DNA of 64,000 bases from Tubiluchus corallicola (taxonomy: Eukaryota; Animalia; Priapulida). This document shows positions 1 through 12,700 of this stretch, piece after piece. Location of the stretch: NCBI GenBank assembly GCA_030141605.1, contig JAQGDQ010000111.1, positions 1 to 64,000 of the forward strand. The letters run 5' to 3'. The notes under the pieces are model-generated. The model did no database searches and was not told the origin of the DNA. It saw nothing but the letters and a program-made list of their open reading frames with translations. Position 1 is the first letter of the stretch; every line of letters starts with the position of its first letter. The translations under genes were made by a program, and so were the position numbers.

Positions 1-3000
1 ATAGTCATAGTCATTTATTTCACCATACACATTTACAGGTTACATATACAATATCAGTGAAAGGGCCTACAATGGATATAATACAAATAAAAAATACTGC
101 ACAGAAAAGCCTCAAGCACTATTTACTTATACACGAATGTAAATGTGTTGTGGGCAATCAAAAAGCAGGGCTTGTTAGATTGTCCCACACAGTGATAGAG
201 AAAAAAAAGTAATGGAGATAATCTGAAAATTTAAAGTGAATAAAAAAAACGTTAGTGCTTAAAATGGAATGATGTAATGAATGAAACTCATATATGGAAT
301 GATATAAAAGATAGAAAGACTATTATTTTTTAATAGTATGTAAAATTAAAATAACTTGATTAAGTTAACACCACTGTTTTGCAACTACTGTGAGGATGGA
401 TACAGATAGAAATTTTAATTGCTCACTGATACTTACTTAAAATTTGATTTTTTAGCATTATTTTAAATCTAGTAATAGATCTGCTATTTTTTGCAGATTG
501 ACAAATCTCATTCCAGACTTTTGGTCCTTGATATATTATAAAATGTTTAGCTATGTTGGTTCTACAGAAAGGCACAATGTATTGATTAAATCCTGTATTA
601 TGTCTCTTAGATGCCAATTTGACAGGAATTGCAAAAAACTTAGGAAATAGTCTATTATTGCATATTGCATTTATACATGAATACTGCAATATTCAATTTG
701 ATTAAATCATCTAATTGCATAATTCTACATTCACGGTAAAGAAGTAAAGGTACTTCACTGCGTTTCATTAGGCCATACATTAACCTTAAAAATTTTCGTT
801 GCAACGTTTTTAAGCATATTAGTTTAGATGGATATGTGGGGCCCCAAATAATGCTGCAGTAATTGAGATAAGATAAAACCAGACTATTATACAAGATTAG
901 TAAGTGTTCTTTCGAAAGACTGTGTTTCATGTGAGTAATGATGCCTATATTTTTAGCAATTTTAAGTCTGATGTAAGAGATATGTGATTGCCAGTCTAAG
1001 TGTTCATGTATGACAATACCTAAGAATTTAATCTGTTTTACTTGTTGAATATAACTATTTTCAATTTGTAATGTCAAATTTGGCATTCTCTTGTTTCTTG
1101 ATCTAAAAACTACAAATTTAGTTTTGGAAGCATTTAGTGATAATTTATTACTCCTAAACCAGTTTGATATTTGCTGCAATTCATTGTTTATTTCAGCTTC
1201 ATTAACAGTATTGTAATATTTAAATATTAAACTGGTGTCATCAGCAAACTGCAGGATTTTTCCATTATTAATACAATGTTTTATATCATTAATGTACACA
1301 AGAAACAAGAGTGGGCCAAGTATCGACCCTTGTGGAACACCACAAGATATTAATTTTGAGTTAGATATATAGTTATTATACTTTACTGCTTGTAACCTGC
1401 CAGATAGGTAACTTACAAACCAATTATTCGCAACACCTCTTATTCCATAGTGGTATAATTAGTTAATTAAAATTTTATGACCAACAGTGTCAAAAGCTTT
1501 TGATAGATCACAGAAAATACTCACAGATAACTTATTATCTTCAATATCTCTGATTATGTTGGTCAGCATATCAATTAAAGCCATTTCTGTAGTGCTGCCT
1601 TGAAATCCATACTGTGTGTCATTTAATATGCTTTGTTTATGTAAATAATCTGTAAGTTGCAAAGACACACATTTCTCAATAATTTTCGAAAAACATGGCA
1701 GTAATGAAATGGGCCTATAATTATTTATACAGTGTGGATCATCAGCTTTATGAATAGGAACTATTATGGACTGCTTTAGCTTATTAGGGACAATTCCAGA
1801 GGTAAGTGATAAATTAATAATATGGGTTGAAGGTATGGCAATATATTCAATAATATCAAGCATTATTCTGGGAGAGAGCTGATCAATACCGGTACTTTTA
1901 TTTGGGTGGAATGACTTGCAGATTCTAATGATTTCATCTTTAGTTACAGGTTGAAAGAAGAAGGAATGTGGGTAATTTCCTTTAAGATAAGAATTTGGGT
2001 CAGTATTTGTAGGTTCAATGTTGTTTGATAATAAAGGGCCAATGTTTACAAAGTAGTCATTAAAAGCATTAGCAATTATATTTTTGTCATTAGTTAAATG
2101 GTCATTTACTTTTATAGAAGCAGGCAAGGATTCACGAGATTTATGCATCAATTCCTTCATTACATTCCAGGTTTTTTTATATTATTTTGATAAGTTAGTA
2201 ATTTCTGTTGATAATAGTTTTGCTTGGAAATTTTTATCAATTTAGTAAGTTGATTTCTGTACTGTGTATATTGTTCCTTGTTGATTTTGTTTTTAAGCAC
2301 AGATCGATAAAGTTTGTTTTTATGTTGAATGCTTTTTAACATAGCTTTAGTTACCCAAGGTTTTTTTATTTTAGGTAGTAATTGGTCAGCTGAAGTTTTA
2401 ACATGAGTATGGTAAATATTGCTTAACATTTCATGAAATTTTTCATATGCTGAATCCGGATCATTATTATTTAATAGAATTTCGTTCCAACATATGGTTG
2501 ATAAATCTGAAATAATTTTTCCTTTGACGTGTTCATTATATAAAATTTTTTTGATAAACTGTGTATCAGTTAAGTCTAGATTGAAATCAGCAATCATAAA
2601 ATTTGGTAAGTGGTCCGATATATCAGTCAATAAGTTACCAGCTATGTGATTATGTTCCAAGTTATTTATCCATATGTTATCTATGAGAGTGGCTGTGAGA
2701 CTAGTTATTCTTGTTGGTCGAGTAATAACAGGAAAAATAAAACTTGAAATCATTGTGTCTAAAAAGTAATTTGTGTCATTGTGGGTAGCATGATTTAATA
2801 AATTTATATTGAAATCACCCGTAAGAATTAAGTGTTTAGATTGGCAATTTAATGAATTGAGTATTGTTGTAAGTTTGTCAATAAACGTTACAGGATTTTC
2901 ACCTGGTGGTCGATAAATAACGCCTATTATAATATTTTTAGTTTGAACACAATTAATCTCTATAAATAATGATTCCATATGTTTATCAGATAAATTATAC

Positions 3001-3677
3001 TGCTTCAAAACAGTGAAAGCTAATTCCTGGGAAATAAATATGGCAACACCACCACCAGCTTTATGTGTACGATTATTGTATGCTAATTTGTAGCCTGGTA
3101 AGTTACATAATATGCCATGTTCCTCAGCTGACCATGTTTCAGTTAATGCAATAATTGAATATTTAATATTGAGTAACTGAAGATAGGCACATAAGTGATC
3201 ATAATTTTTTTGTAAACTACGCACATTTAAATGTAAAACGGACAGAGGAGATTTAAATTTTAAATTGTTAATTAGAGAGTTGAATTGTTGGTCATCATAT
3301 TTGCTGGCTTTAATACTATTTAGTCCGTTAAAATAATGTTGATCTGGATCCAGATCAGTAATGGGCAGAGAGTCGAATATGTCATTACTTTCAAATAGGT
3401 TTAAATTAAGTAATTTATTGTCTATTATATATCCAATATTGGAATACCTAGTGATTAAGTTGAATTCGTCGTCATCAGTGATATTGTTAAAGGGGAGAAT
3501 AGTTTGCAGACAAAAGTGACAGAACCAGTTATTATTATTGTTAGCTAAATTGTTGTAATCGGTCAAAGTTAAATTTGTACATTTAAGATGCATCCATTGC
3601 TCACAGCAATTGCAAAACAGTCCAAGTTGGTTATTTTTAACAGGCTTAGTACATGATGAACATGGAAATTTAGTCAT
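1..3677 (-). mobile_element. CR1/L2-group non-LTR retrotransposon with a PHD finger-APE endonuclease-reverse transcriptase ORF, lightly disrupted; 5' non-coding part may extend to ~4635
   Basis: ORF 3677-2160 has a PHD finger (CxxC...CNCC...H..C...CHFC) and APE motifs (LNVRSL, LTETW, GVIYRPP, GDFN, PTRIT, LIDNI, SDHLP). It continues into RT (NYRPISLLP, DLSKAFDTV, GVPQGSILGP, QFADD). Disruptions: frameshift in an A-run near 2170, in-frame TAA at 1459, 7-bp duplication near 660. The 3' end is AATAAA plus an (ATGACT)n tail at the window edge. Confidence 0.95.
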
Positions 3678-4635
3678 GATGATGATGAAAATGATGTAAT
3701 ATGATAAAAAATAAGAAAAAAAAACAACAAATTAATGAGTATGGGGTCAGAAGTAAAAAAAAAAATATAGGCATATGTGATAATCTGGAGTTGAAGTGTT
3801 TACATGAAAAAGCCATAAATGTTTAAAAATTTCGACTCATAAATTTAATGTTATTACCATTCTACAATAGTGTTTAAGGCCAAAACAGAAAATTTAACGA
3901 GAAAAGTATACGTATAAAAACATAAAACTGTCTACCTATGAAATATTTGTGGAAGTGCACGTGCAAGCTCGCACACATGCACACTCAAACAATTAAAACC
4001 CACTCAGCTCCCCTCACATCCACAATCACACGCTCACGCACATGTACGAGCTGTACACGCACACGAGCATTTAAGTTTCAACACAATTATAGAATTTACA
4101 AGTAATTTATATGTAAATGTAGAAACAGTACAATGTTTTTCAATGTATTAATCTTTTACGAAAGTGTATACTGCATAATGACCTACAAAACCGGTAATAG
4201 CATTTTATACATTCAAATGTTCAGGCATTCACTAAGATTTTTGCACTCAAACAATTTTTTTTTTGCTTATTCAATTGTTCAGGGAATCACTACAAATATG
4301 CACGCATACACTTGGATTCAAGGACATCTAATCTGACTAATCAAAACGCACACAGTTACTAATAATCATGCACCGATTTTATGAAATGAAACCTTCGCAG
4401 ATCAAGGGACTTTTCCGTTAGAATCAGAGTTAACATGACATTGATACACACAATAATTGTACAATAATGTTCAGTGTGTACTAATCAAGTTAGCAAAGTA
4501 GGGTACAGTACTGTTGCATATACCTAAATGTTCAAGCTTAATCGATAAATTAAAAATATGAAACGGAATTTGCATAAAAATAAGCTATACTATAGACGTA
4601 TGACGGGGTAATATGTTAAAGTTAAAGAAAATAAG

Positions 4636-5989
4636 AAATTAATATCTTGTGGTGTTCCACAAGGGTCGATACTTGGCCCACTCTTGTTTCTTGTGTACAT
4701 TAATGATATAAAACATTGTATTAATAATGGAAAAATCCTGCAGTTTGCTGATGACACCAGTTTAATATTTAAATATTACAATACTGTTAATGAAGCTGAA
4801 ATAAACAATGAATTGCAGCAAATATCAAACTGGTTTAGGAGTAATAAATTATCACTAAATGCTTCCAAAACTAAATTTGTAGTTTTTAGATCAAGAAACA
4901 AGAGAATGCCAAATTTGACATTACAAATTGAAAATAGTTATATTCAACAAGTAAAACAGATTAAATTCTTAGGTATTGTCATACATGAACACTTAGACTG
5001 GCAATCACATATCTCTTACATCAGACTTAAAATTGCTAAAAATATAGGCATCATTACTCACATTAAACACAGTCTTTCGAAAGAACACTTACTAATCTTG
5101 TATAATAGTCTGGTTTTACCTTATCTCAATTACTGCAGCATTATTTGGGGCCCCACATATCCATCTAAACTAATATGCTTAAAAACGTTGCAACGAAAAT
5201 TTTTAAGGTTAATGTATGGCCTAATGAAACGCAGTGAAGTACCTTTACTTCTTTACCGTGAATGTAGAATTATGCAATTAGATGATTTAATCAAATTGAA
5301 TATTGCAGTATTCATGTATAAATGCAATTATAGACTATTTCCTAAGTTTTTTGCAATTCCTGTCAAATTGACATCTAAGAGACATAATACAAGATTTAAT
5401 CAATACATTGTGCCTTTCTGTAGAACCAACATAGCTAAACATTTTATAATATATCAAGGACCAAAAGTCTGGAATGAGATTTGTCAATCTGCAAAAAATA
5501 GCAGATCTATTACTAGATTTAAAATAATGCTAAAAAATCAAATTTTAAGTAAGTATCAGTGAGCAATTAAAATTTCTATCTGTATCCATCCTCACAGTAG
5601 TTGCAAAACAGTGGTGTTAACTTAATCAAGTTATTTTAATTTTACATACTATTAAAAAATAATAGTCTTTCTATCTTTTATATCATTCCATATATGAGTT
5701 TCATTCATTACATCATTCCATTTTAAGCACTAACGTTTTTTTTATTCACTTTAAATTTTCAGATTATCTCCATTACTTTTTTTTCTCTATCACTGTGTGG
5801 GACAATCTAACAAGCCCTGCTTTTTGATTGCCCACAACACATTTACATTCGTGTATAAGTAAATAGTGCTTGAGGCTTTTCTGTGCAGTATTTTTTATTT
5901 GTATTATATCCATTGTAGGCCCTTTCACTGATATTGTATATGTAACCTGTAAATGTGTATGGTGAAATAAATGACTATGACTATGACTA
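4636..5989 (+). mobile_element. 5'-truncated copy of the same LINE in inverted orientation (RT C-terminal half, 3' UTR, (ATGACT)3 tail)
   Basis: Reverse complement of 1-1355 with only a handful of differences. The frame is open from GVPQGS/FADD to the stop at 5562. Ends AATAAATGACTATGACTATGACT. Confidence 0.96.
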
Positions 5990-6167
5990 ATGCAAAGTGG
6001 CCACAGAAGTTTAAACGGTTCATAGCTGGCTAAGCTAAAGTCGTTTGTCTTGCAGTGACACACCTGCCGGCTTATGAACTCTCGTTACAAAACAATCTAA
6101 ATTTAGACTACCAACGCCAAATAAACTAAACAATGTTGCCAGAGAAAAATTCCTCAACAATTCATAG

Positions 6168-7925
6168 ATATCCTTGTTGCTTCCCTACGGCAAGTGGAAA
6201 AACTGGGAGACTTAACTCAAGCGGAAACTGCCGACATGTTTTCCACGGCTCAAACCATAGAGGCGAGACTTACTCCACACTACAGTGCGACTTCAGCGAC
6301 AATAGCAATTCAAGTAATTACATTATTATTACAGCAGTATTTTTTAAGAGTAAGAGAAAGAAGTTATTTTTTTACTCGGTCACTTTACAAATGGTTACAT
6401 ATGACTATGGTGGTTTAGATAAAGGCCCAAGATGTTAGTTACAGGAAGATACAGGAAATAAGACAAATTAAATAGCAGTTACAAAATAGTAATTACAACA
6501 GTCTACAGTGCATTAAAAGAGTAAGAGAAAAGAACTTACGATTAGACATTCAAGTAAAGCATATTGACATATAGAAGAATTTTGCGCCCTCTTACTCTTG
6601 CATCTGAGGACAATTGCCCCTGCACCTCACTTTGTAACTGTAAATTGTAAATGAGGAATTTATTTAATTCATTTATTGCACTGATGGAATAAACACATTT
6701 TAAATGGGTGTTATCAAAAAAATGCAAGTTGTATACAGAAACAATGACATTAGCCTCATTGCGACCTCTTATCTTTGTTGAAGGCCAGGTGGAATGATCG
6801 GTGGTCATTCTATATTATTTGTTGTTATTATTCAGGATGGAGTTGATGCAGGGCAGAGCGTTCCTCATGTGCACATTCATGTTCTACCACGAAAACCAAA
6901 TGACTTCCAGGCAAACGATGACGTTTATGAAAAGGTAATTTAAGTAGATTCACTATACTCATTATAATACGGATGTACAGAACATACACATTTTAGCAGG
7001 TTTAGCAGCATCTGTAATACATTTCGAAAAGTCTAGCAGCTTTACTAGCACCACAAAACACTTAGAAGCCTAGAAGCACTTGATAATTGTAGTTCCTTCT
7101 AAATTTCCTTTTAAAAACATATTGAATTTCTCTTTTCTGTTTAATTGATCGAAAGTGTTAATTGACTTATCTGTTGACTGGCTGCTTGGTTTTTCGATTT
7201 GCTGGCTAGTTGTTTTTTGTTGAGCGAGTTGTTGGATGGATGGGTAGCTAGTTTGTTGGTCCAACTAGTTAGTTAGCTGGACACTAATTGGTTGGTTGGA
7301 CGATTGACTGATTGCTTGTTTGAATGACTGACTGAGAAGTTTTTTTCGTTAATTAGCAAGGAACCTAATAAACTCTGTCCTTAAAACAGTATCAAGAATG
7401 TAGACAATCCAAAGAAGGCAGCATAAAGACCAGGGGTGAGAACTGAATGTAAAAATTCTATTCAAACAATTTTTTAATTCGAACTGAAGCGATTGATTCA
7501 AATAATTCACCACTTCAACTACATATGTTTTCCATCATTAAACAGCATGTAATCAGCACAGTTTAGCTACGATTCGAAATCTTGAAATTTGGTTTGATTC
7601 AAATTCAAAAGACAAAAATTCATCGGATTCAAATTTGCTTTCTAATAGAAAAATGCTCACCCCTACCCTCTACCCAGACCACTCACAATAGTTTGACAAG
7701 ACTTGTTTGTAGGAACATCCCATTCCTGCTACGCACTTCATGAACTAATACTGGCCTGATTAAACACAAAAAACTCATTAAGTGGATGCTTTAGAATAGA
7801 AATTCACAGTCTCCCTTTTTTCTTAGTTAGAGAAACATGACAAAGATCCACAGAGTGAAAGAATGTGGCGCACAGATGAAGAAATGCTAGCTGAGGCTAC
7901 TGAATTGGCAAAACTTTTCAACTGA
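6168..7925 (+). CDS. FHIT: Bis(5'-adenosyl)-triphosphatase FHIT, last three coding exons (5' exons not found in the window; a NitFhit fusion cannot be excluded)
   Basis: AG/GT-bounded exons: 6168-6313 (ILVASLRQVEKLGDLTQAETADMF...TIAIQ), 6836-6934 (DGVDAGQSVPHVHIHVLPRKPNDFQANDDVYEK, with HIT motif HxHxH), 7827-7925 (LEKHDK...WRTDEEMLAEATELAKLFN*). Phases are compatible. Confidence 0.93.
7431..7665. mobile_element. Degenerate hAT-like MITE in the FHIT last intron
   Basis: Ends CAGGGGTGAGAA / ATGCTCACCCCTA form imperfect TIRs, with internal GATTC(G/A)AA repeats. No clean TSD. Confidence 0.5.
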
Positions 7926-8915
7926 TTGTGATTTAGCTGCCAGTCATGGTGCTCAATTACTATAAAATACCACAATGGATATATAAGTTGATGTACTTTG
8001 TTTCTATCAGGGAATATAGATTGGAATTCCATTTAATGCAAAATAGTATAGCACACTTTAATAGTGGGATTTAATTTGATGTGAGTTTCAGTTTAATAGA
8101 CTGTGTTTAGCAGCAATAAGCCCTATCAATAAATGTATAGGTGATATTTGATATTTCTCATTTTGGTATTTATTTGTATTTATTTTAATCATAACAAATT
8201 AACACAATAATAAAAAAGCTACAACATAATGAAACCGTGAACTCTGCTTCTGGTCCTTATTGCCTGCTGACATGGTAATTGTGATTAACATCTTTTTTTC
8301 TAAAAGAAATATCACAGTGATTTATTTGTCTAAAATTGTTTACTCCCTAGACCCTTCTTAATGTTAAAAATATTGGTTTTGTTTATTTGTAAAAATATAA
8401 GTAAACCCACAAGACAGAATGCTCAGTATGGTCCCCCATTTCATGGATGAAAATTTGTTTGATTTCAATTTGGTACTTTTCTCCTGTTACACATTATGGT
8501 GTCATAAAGTTACATACTTGAGTCCCAGTCAGCGCTTGTGATATTTCACATACATATAGGGAAAAGGGAACAACTGATTGGACATGGTGTGCACTTAGCA
8601 GCCAAAGTCAACCATTACTAAGCATGTTCAGTAAATGGATTGGTGAACATCTAGAAAACTACCTCCAACTGTTTCGTTTGTGATGATCTCTCACTGAGAC
8701 AAGATTTACATGAATCCAAACGTCAGTACGACATCTGTGCCTGTTCGGTTCACTGCACCTTACACTATTTTTCTCGATAGTTTGCTAGATTTTCGGCCCA
8801 CCACTTTCATTTAACAGTAATGGTAGGTTTTGCATTTAAGTGTTGAATCCCAGTTTGCAAAGTGCTGAACAACGTATAAAAAGTCTTCAATTTTAAGTTT
8901 AAAAACAACATTTAT

Positions 8916-9270
8916 ATTCATGATCAATAGGTTTTATAAATACTGAGTGAATGTAACAAGTCATTATATCAACGTAATAAAATCATGTACAATTAGTTAA
9001 ACCACTGTATTCATGTTCAGTAGGCCTTATAAATACTGAGTGAATGTAACAAGTCATTATATCAATGTAATAAAATCTTGTACAATTAGTTAAACCACCG
9101 TATTTATGTTCAGTAGGCCTTATAAATGCTGAGTAATGTAGCAAGTCGTTATACCGATGTAACAAAATTTTGTACAACTACATAAACCACTGTATTCATG
9201 CTCAATGGGCCTTATAAATGCTGAGTGAATGTGACAAGTCATTATACCGGTGTAACAAAATCTTGTATAA
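8916..9270. repeat. Minisatellite, ~93-bp unit, ~3.8 copies
   Basis: The unit ATTCATG...TATAAATACTGAGTGAATGTAACAAGTCATTATA...AAACCACTGT restarts at 8916, 9009, 9102 and 9194. Confidence 0.92.
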
Positions 9271-9727
9271 CAAGTTATTATAGTTGATTTTTATGAAAAT
9301 AGAACAATTTTTGTTGTAATAAAAATAGCAGCATAAATAATAACAGTTTTTATATTGTATTATAAACAATACTGCTTCTGTTTGATAATTTACAGCATGA
9401 TTCTGTACTTAGCTGGGTATCGTTCCTCACATAGCAGTCAGAGTATTGCCGGTTTATCCACAACAAAACTGGAAACTGATTTTACACTGGAGAGGAGTCA
9501 TGTAGTGCTACAGATTAAATTTTCACCAGTACTTTACAGGCTTACAGACTTTTAAACTCGATTATGCTGTATACATCTCGATTATTGCAGACCAACAGCC
9601 GGATCACTGATGTTACGCTACAAATTAGCACCTTGTAACTAATCACCATCTCTTTTTAGAACCTACAAGGATCGATCTCACATACACGGGAGTTTTTTTT
9701 TGCTTTTTCAACTCATTTTCAAGTTTT

Positions 9728-12700
9728 CTATTCTCCAGTATACCTTGGAGGCCTCTTTTCTTTAAATGCCATCAACCCTTCAATCCTGTCCTTGGTTGGA
9801 ATCACCTGCAAAAGTAATAGATGTTCAATGTAAAAGCAAAATTGATATCAAAAAATAAAATGTATTACCTAAGTATGGCTTGGCATTACTATCAGTTAAC
9901 TTCAATTGTAGGAACTACAATACAATTTTCAAGAAGGAAGCCTAGCAAATTTTTATGTATGTTTAAACAAAATTTAGGAAATAATTTTCTGTCAGCGACA
10001 GCATTCTTTTACTTGTTTGAGAAGCTCGGATTAGTAGACAAAAATTCTCTGTAATTTAAACAGTTCACGACTATGGTCCCAGGACTAAAAGTCTGATGCA
10101 CATTTTTAGCTCAGAAAAATGTAATTATTATTGTTAACCTCATTCAGAAAGAAAGCTAATGTACTTTTTACTAAGCTGATATGTTGCACTACCAGTTCCT
10201 TACCTAAATTTAACAGAATGTAAATGCATTAAAAGAACTCAGTTAATCAAGCAGTTAATACAACTCAGTTCAATTTCTTTACAAGCAAGCAACTGTTAAA
10301 ATTGCCGCGTCTAGTACAACGAATGCAAAATTTATTTATAGAGCACAGTCTCAAGCAGGCTGAACAATAAAATATATTTAAAATTCATAAGGTACATTAA
10401 AATTTAGAATGCATTAAAAAATTAAAAAAGTAACCACATAATAATAAGGACATTCTAAACAAACGTGTTTTAAGAAGTCACTTAAAAGAATCTAAAGAGT
10501 TTGCAGAGTGTTAAACAACAGGTAAGTTATTCCAGAGACATAGAACATAGACAGAAAAAAAATTTTGCACCATGGAATACTGTATTCGGATATAAATGAA
10601 TTTGTGCATTACCATTAGAACGAAGTATTCAGTATATGCTACGGCGTATCTGTGAGCCATGCAACGGCCAGACCATGTAGTATTTTGTAAGTTGCACAAA
10701 TAATTTTAAATTGCTGGCATTTGAATTTTTTTCTTAATTACGTAGCACTACATGATAAAACGAAATGTGAACTATCTTGTAGTACGGCTATACGTAGATA
10801 ACAAGAATATCAAAATTAAACGTCATATGGACGACACAAAATGAGTTTTTTGAGTTGCAAGCAAACTGTACAGTAACACTGATTTTTTCCTTAAAAAGGC
10901 AATGAATGTTGTAGTGCAAAATATGCCTTTGAAATTCATCTGGCAGAATCTGCATTAGTTCAGTAATTTCTGTCATAGTATCTATAAAATACGTACCTGT
11001 GCATAGCATGCCTGTTCTATAGCCAACCCTGTGTTCAAATCAACCTCAGAACCTTTATTTATTGCTATCTTGGCCATTCTTACAGCTACTGGTCCCTGAA
11101 AAAAAATCCCAAATTCATAAATTAATGCAATGCTAACAACATCAATTTCGGCAATAAAAAATCATTCACAAGAAAGTTCTTGAAACAAGCATTCCATGTA
11201 TCTCACACAGAGAGAACACGGAATTACCTTTACAGTTTGGTAAAACAGAAACAGAGAGACCTTTACACCCATTCTGCTGCTGATGTTTCAGTGGAATACC
11301 ATCGCTTAACCGACCTGCCATTTAAAGTGTTGTGTTTCATAGTTAAGCAGAGGTACAATGCCTAACTGGTGCACATTTGCGGAAGATTACATTTGTCTAT
11401 GTTTTTAACAAGAAAGAAACTAGCTATACGGAAACGGCACGTATTTAGAGACCAAAAAATGATGCTATGCTCAGACAGTAAATGGATTTGTGAAGCCACG
11501 GGAATTCGAATCTTTGGATTTTTGATTGACATCTACAGTTAACCAAAGAAATAACAAGTAACAACGAAACTAAACCAGTGGCACTTTCCTATATAGCGGC
11601 AAACAGCAAGAATCCAGCATTCAATGAAAATGCCTACTTAATAGTGATGTTTGTTGCGGGACCAGTACCTAGGTCATTGTCAAGAATATGTTCAAAGATG
11701 AGCCGCTGAACTGTGAGATACTTTAGCCGCTTTTGGACTGATAGTCCTCCTTCAAAAAAGGCCATCATGTGGTGAAACAATATGGTGTATGAAACCACCC
11801 AGACCGAGTATTGAACCCAAGTGGCAATCTACCATTCACTGACCAGCAAATGCATGGCTTAACTTCAATTGCGAAGTGCATACGTATGACCATTTCCCTT
11901 CACCCCCACACCTGCTTTGTCCTTCATCGTCTTTTACCTTGCCAAGCCAGCCACCGTCTGTAAAGTTATTTAGCCAGTTATAGGAAACACACATTCATTC
12001 CTTTGCTATAGAAAAAGATTCAATGAATGTAAAACTTACAGACAAAAGTATTTCTTCTGCTAGTTGGCAAGCTCGATGATAAGCGGCATCACCGTCGTCA
12101 TTTTGGTCCACAACGTGATTGACTATTCCCAGCTGAAATGCTTCATTTCCGTCCAAAACTTTTCCGGTAAAAATCAACTCTTTGGCTTTGGCAGCTCCGA
12201 TGAGACGTGACAAGTTCTGAGTGCCTCCTGAAAAATTGATTTTTTTTGTGATTATTCTCAAAATATACATGTAGTGTCCAAATATTCAAAATGTCCAAAA
12301 TCGCAAACAAATGATTACAATAAACTAAAGCTACTTAATTAATACCCAATTTAAAGATTAAAGAACCTGTGCCAAATCTCTAAAGCGTATATACTGAAAA
12401 CAGGAAATCTAATCTGTTGGTTCCTTTGCAAAACACCCAAGTCTGAACCAAAGCCATTAGCTGTTGACATTGTGTCAGCACAAACAAAAGTCTTTTCCAC
12501 CTTAACAACATCAGTTACAGCTTTCAAGGTTTTTTATATTCGGGTAGACTTAACTGACTAAATAAGCAAGTTTGAAGCCATTAATGATAGACTATACATT
12601 CTGATGTTAAAAAATATTTTAGTAGACGGCAGAAACAAGTACAATAACAATTATGTGTAACTATTTACTGAAAGCAAAGAACATTCATCACAAACTAGTG

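Noticed and set aside
4133-4336. Candidate upstream FHIT exon between the LINE copies
   Set aside because: No match to the FHIT N-terminal VNxKPVVPG motif.
6420-6800. Possible decayed LINE 3' end on the minus strand in a FHIT intron
   Set aside because: Only vague motif similarity; boundaries cannot be defined.
8540-8760. Possible Penelope GIY-YIG remnant (YIGK...IGEHL); similar faint traces at 13920-14100 on the minus strand
   Set aside because: Too degenerate to support without a profile search.
8916-9270. CRISPR-like array
   Set aside because: Whole units are repeated with no unique spacers, in a eukaryotic context.
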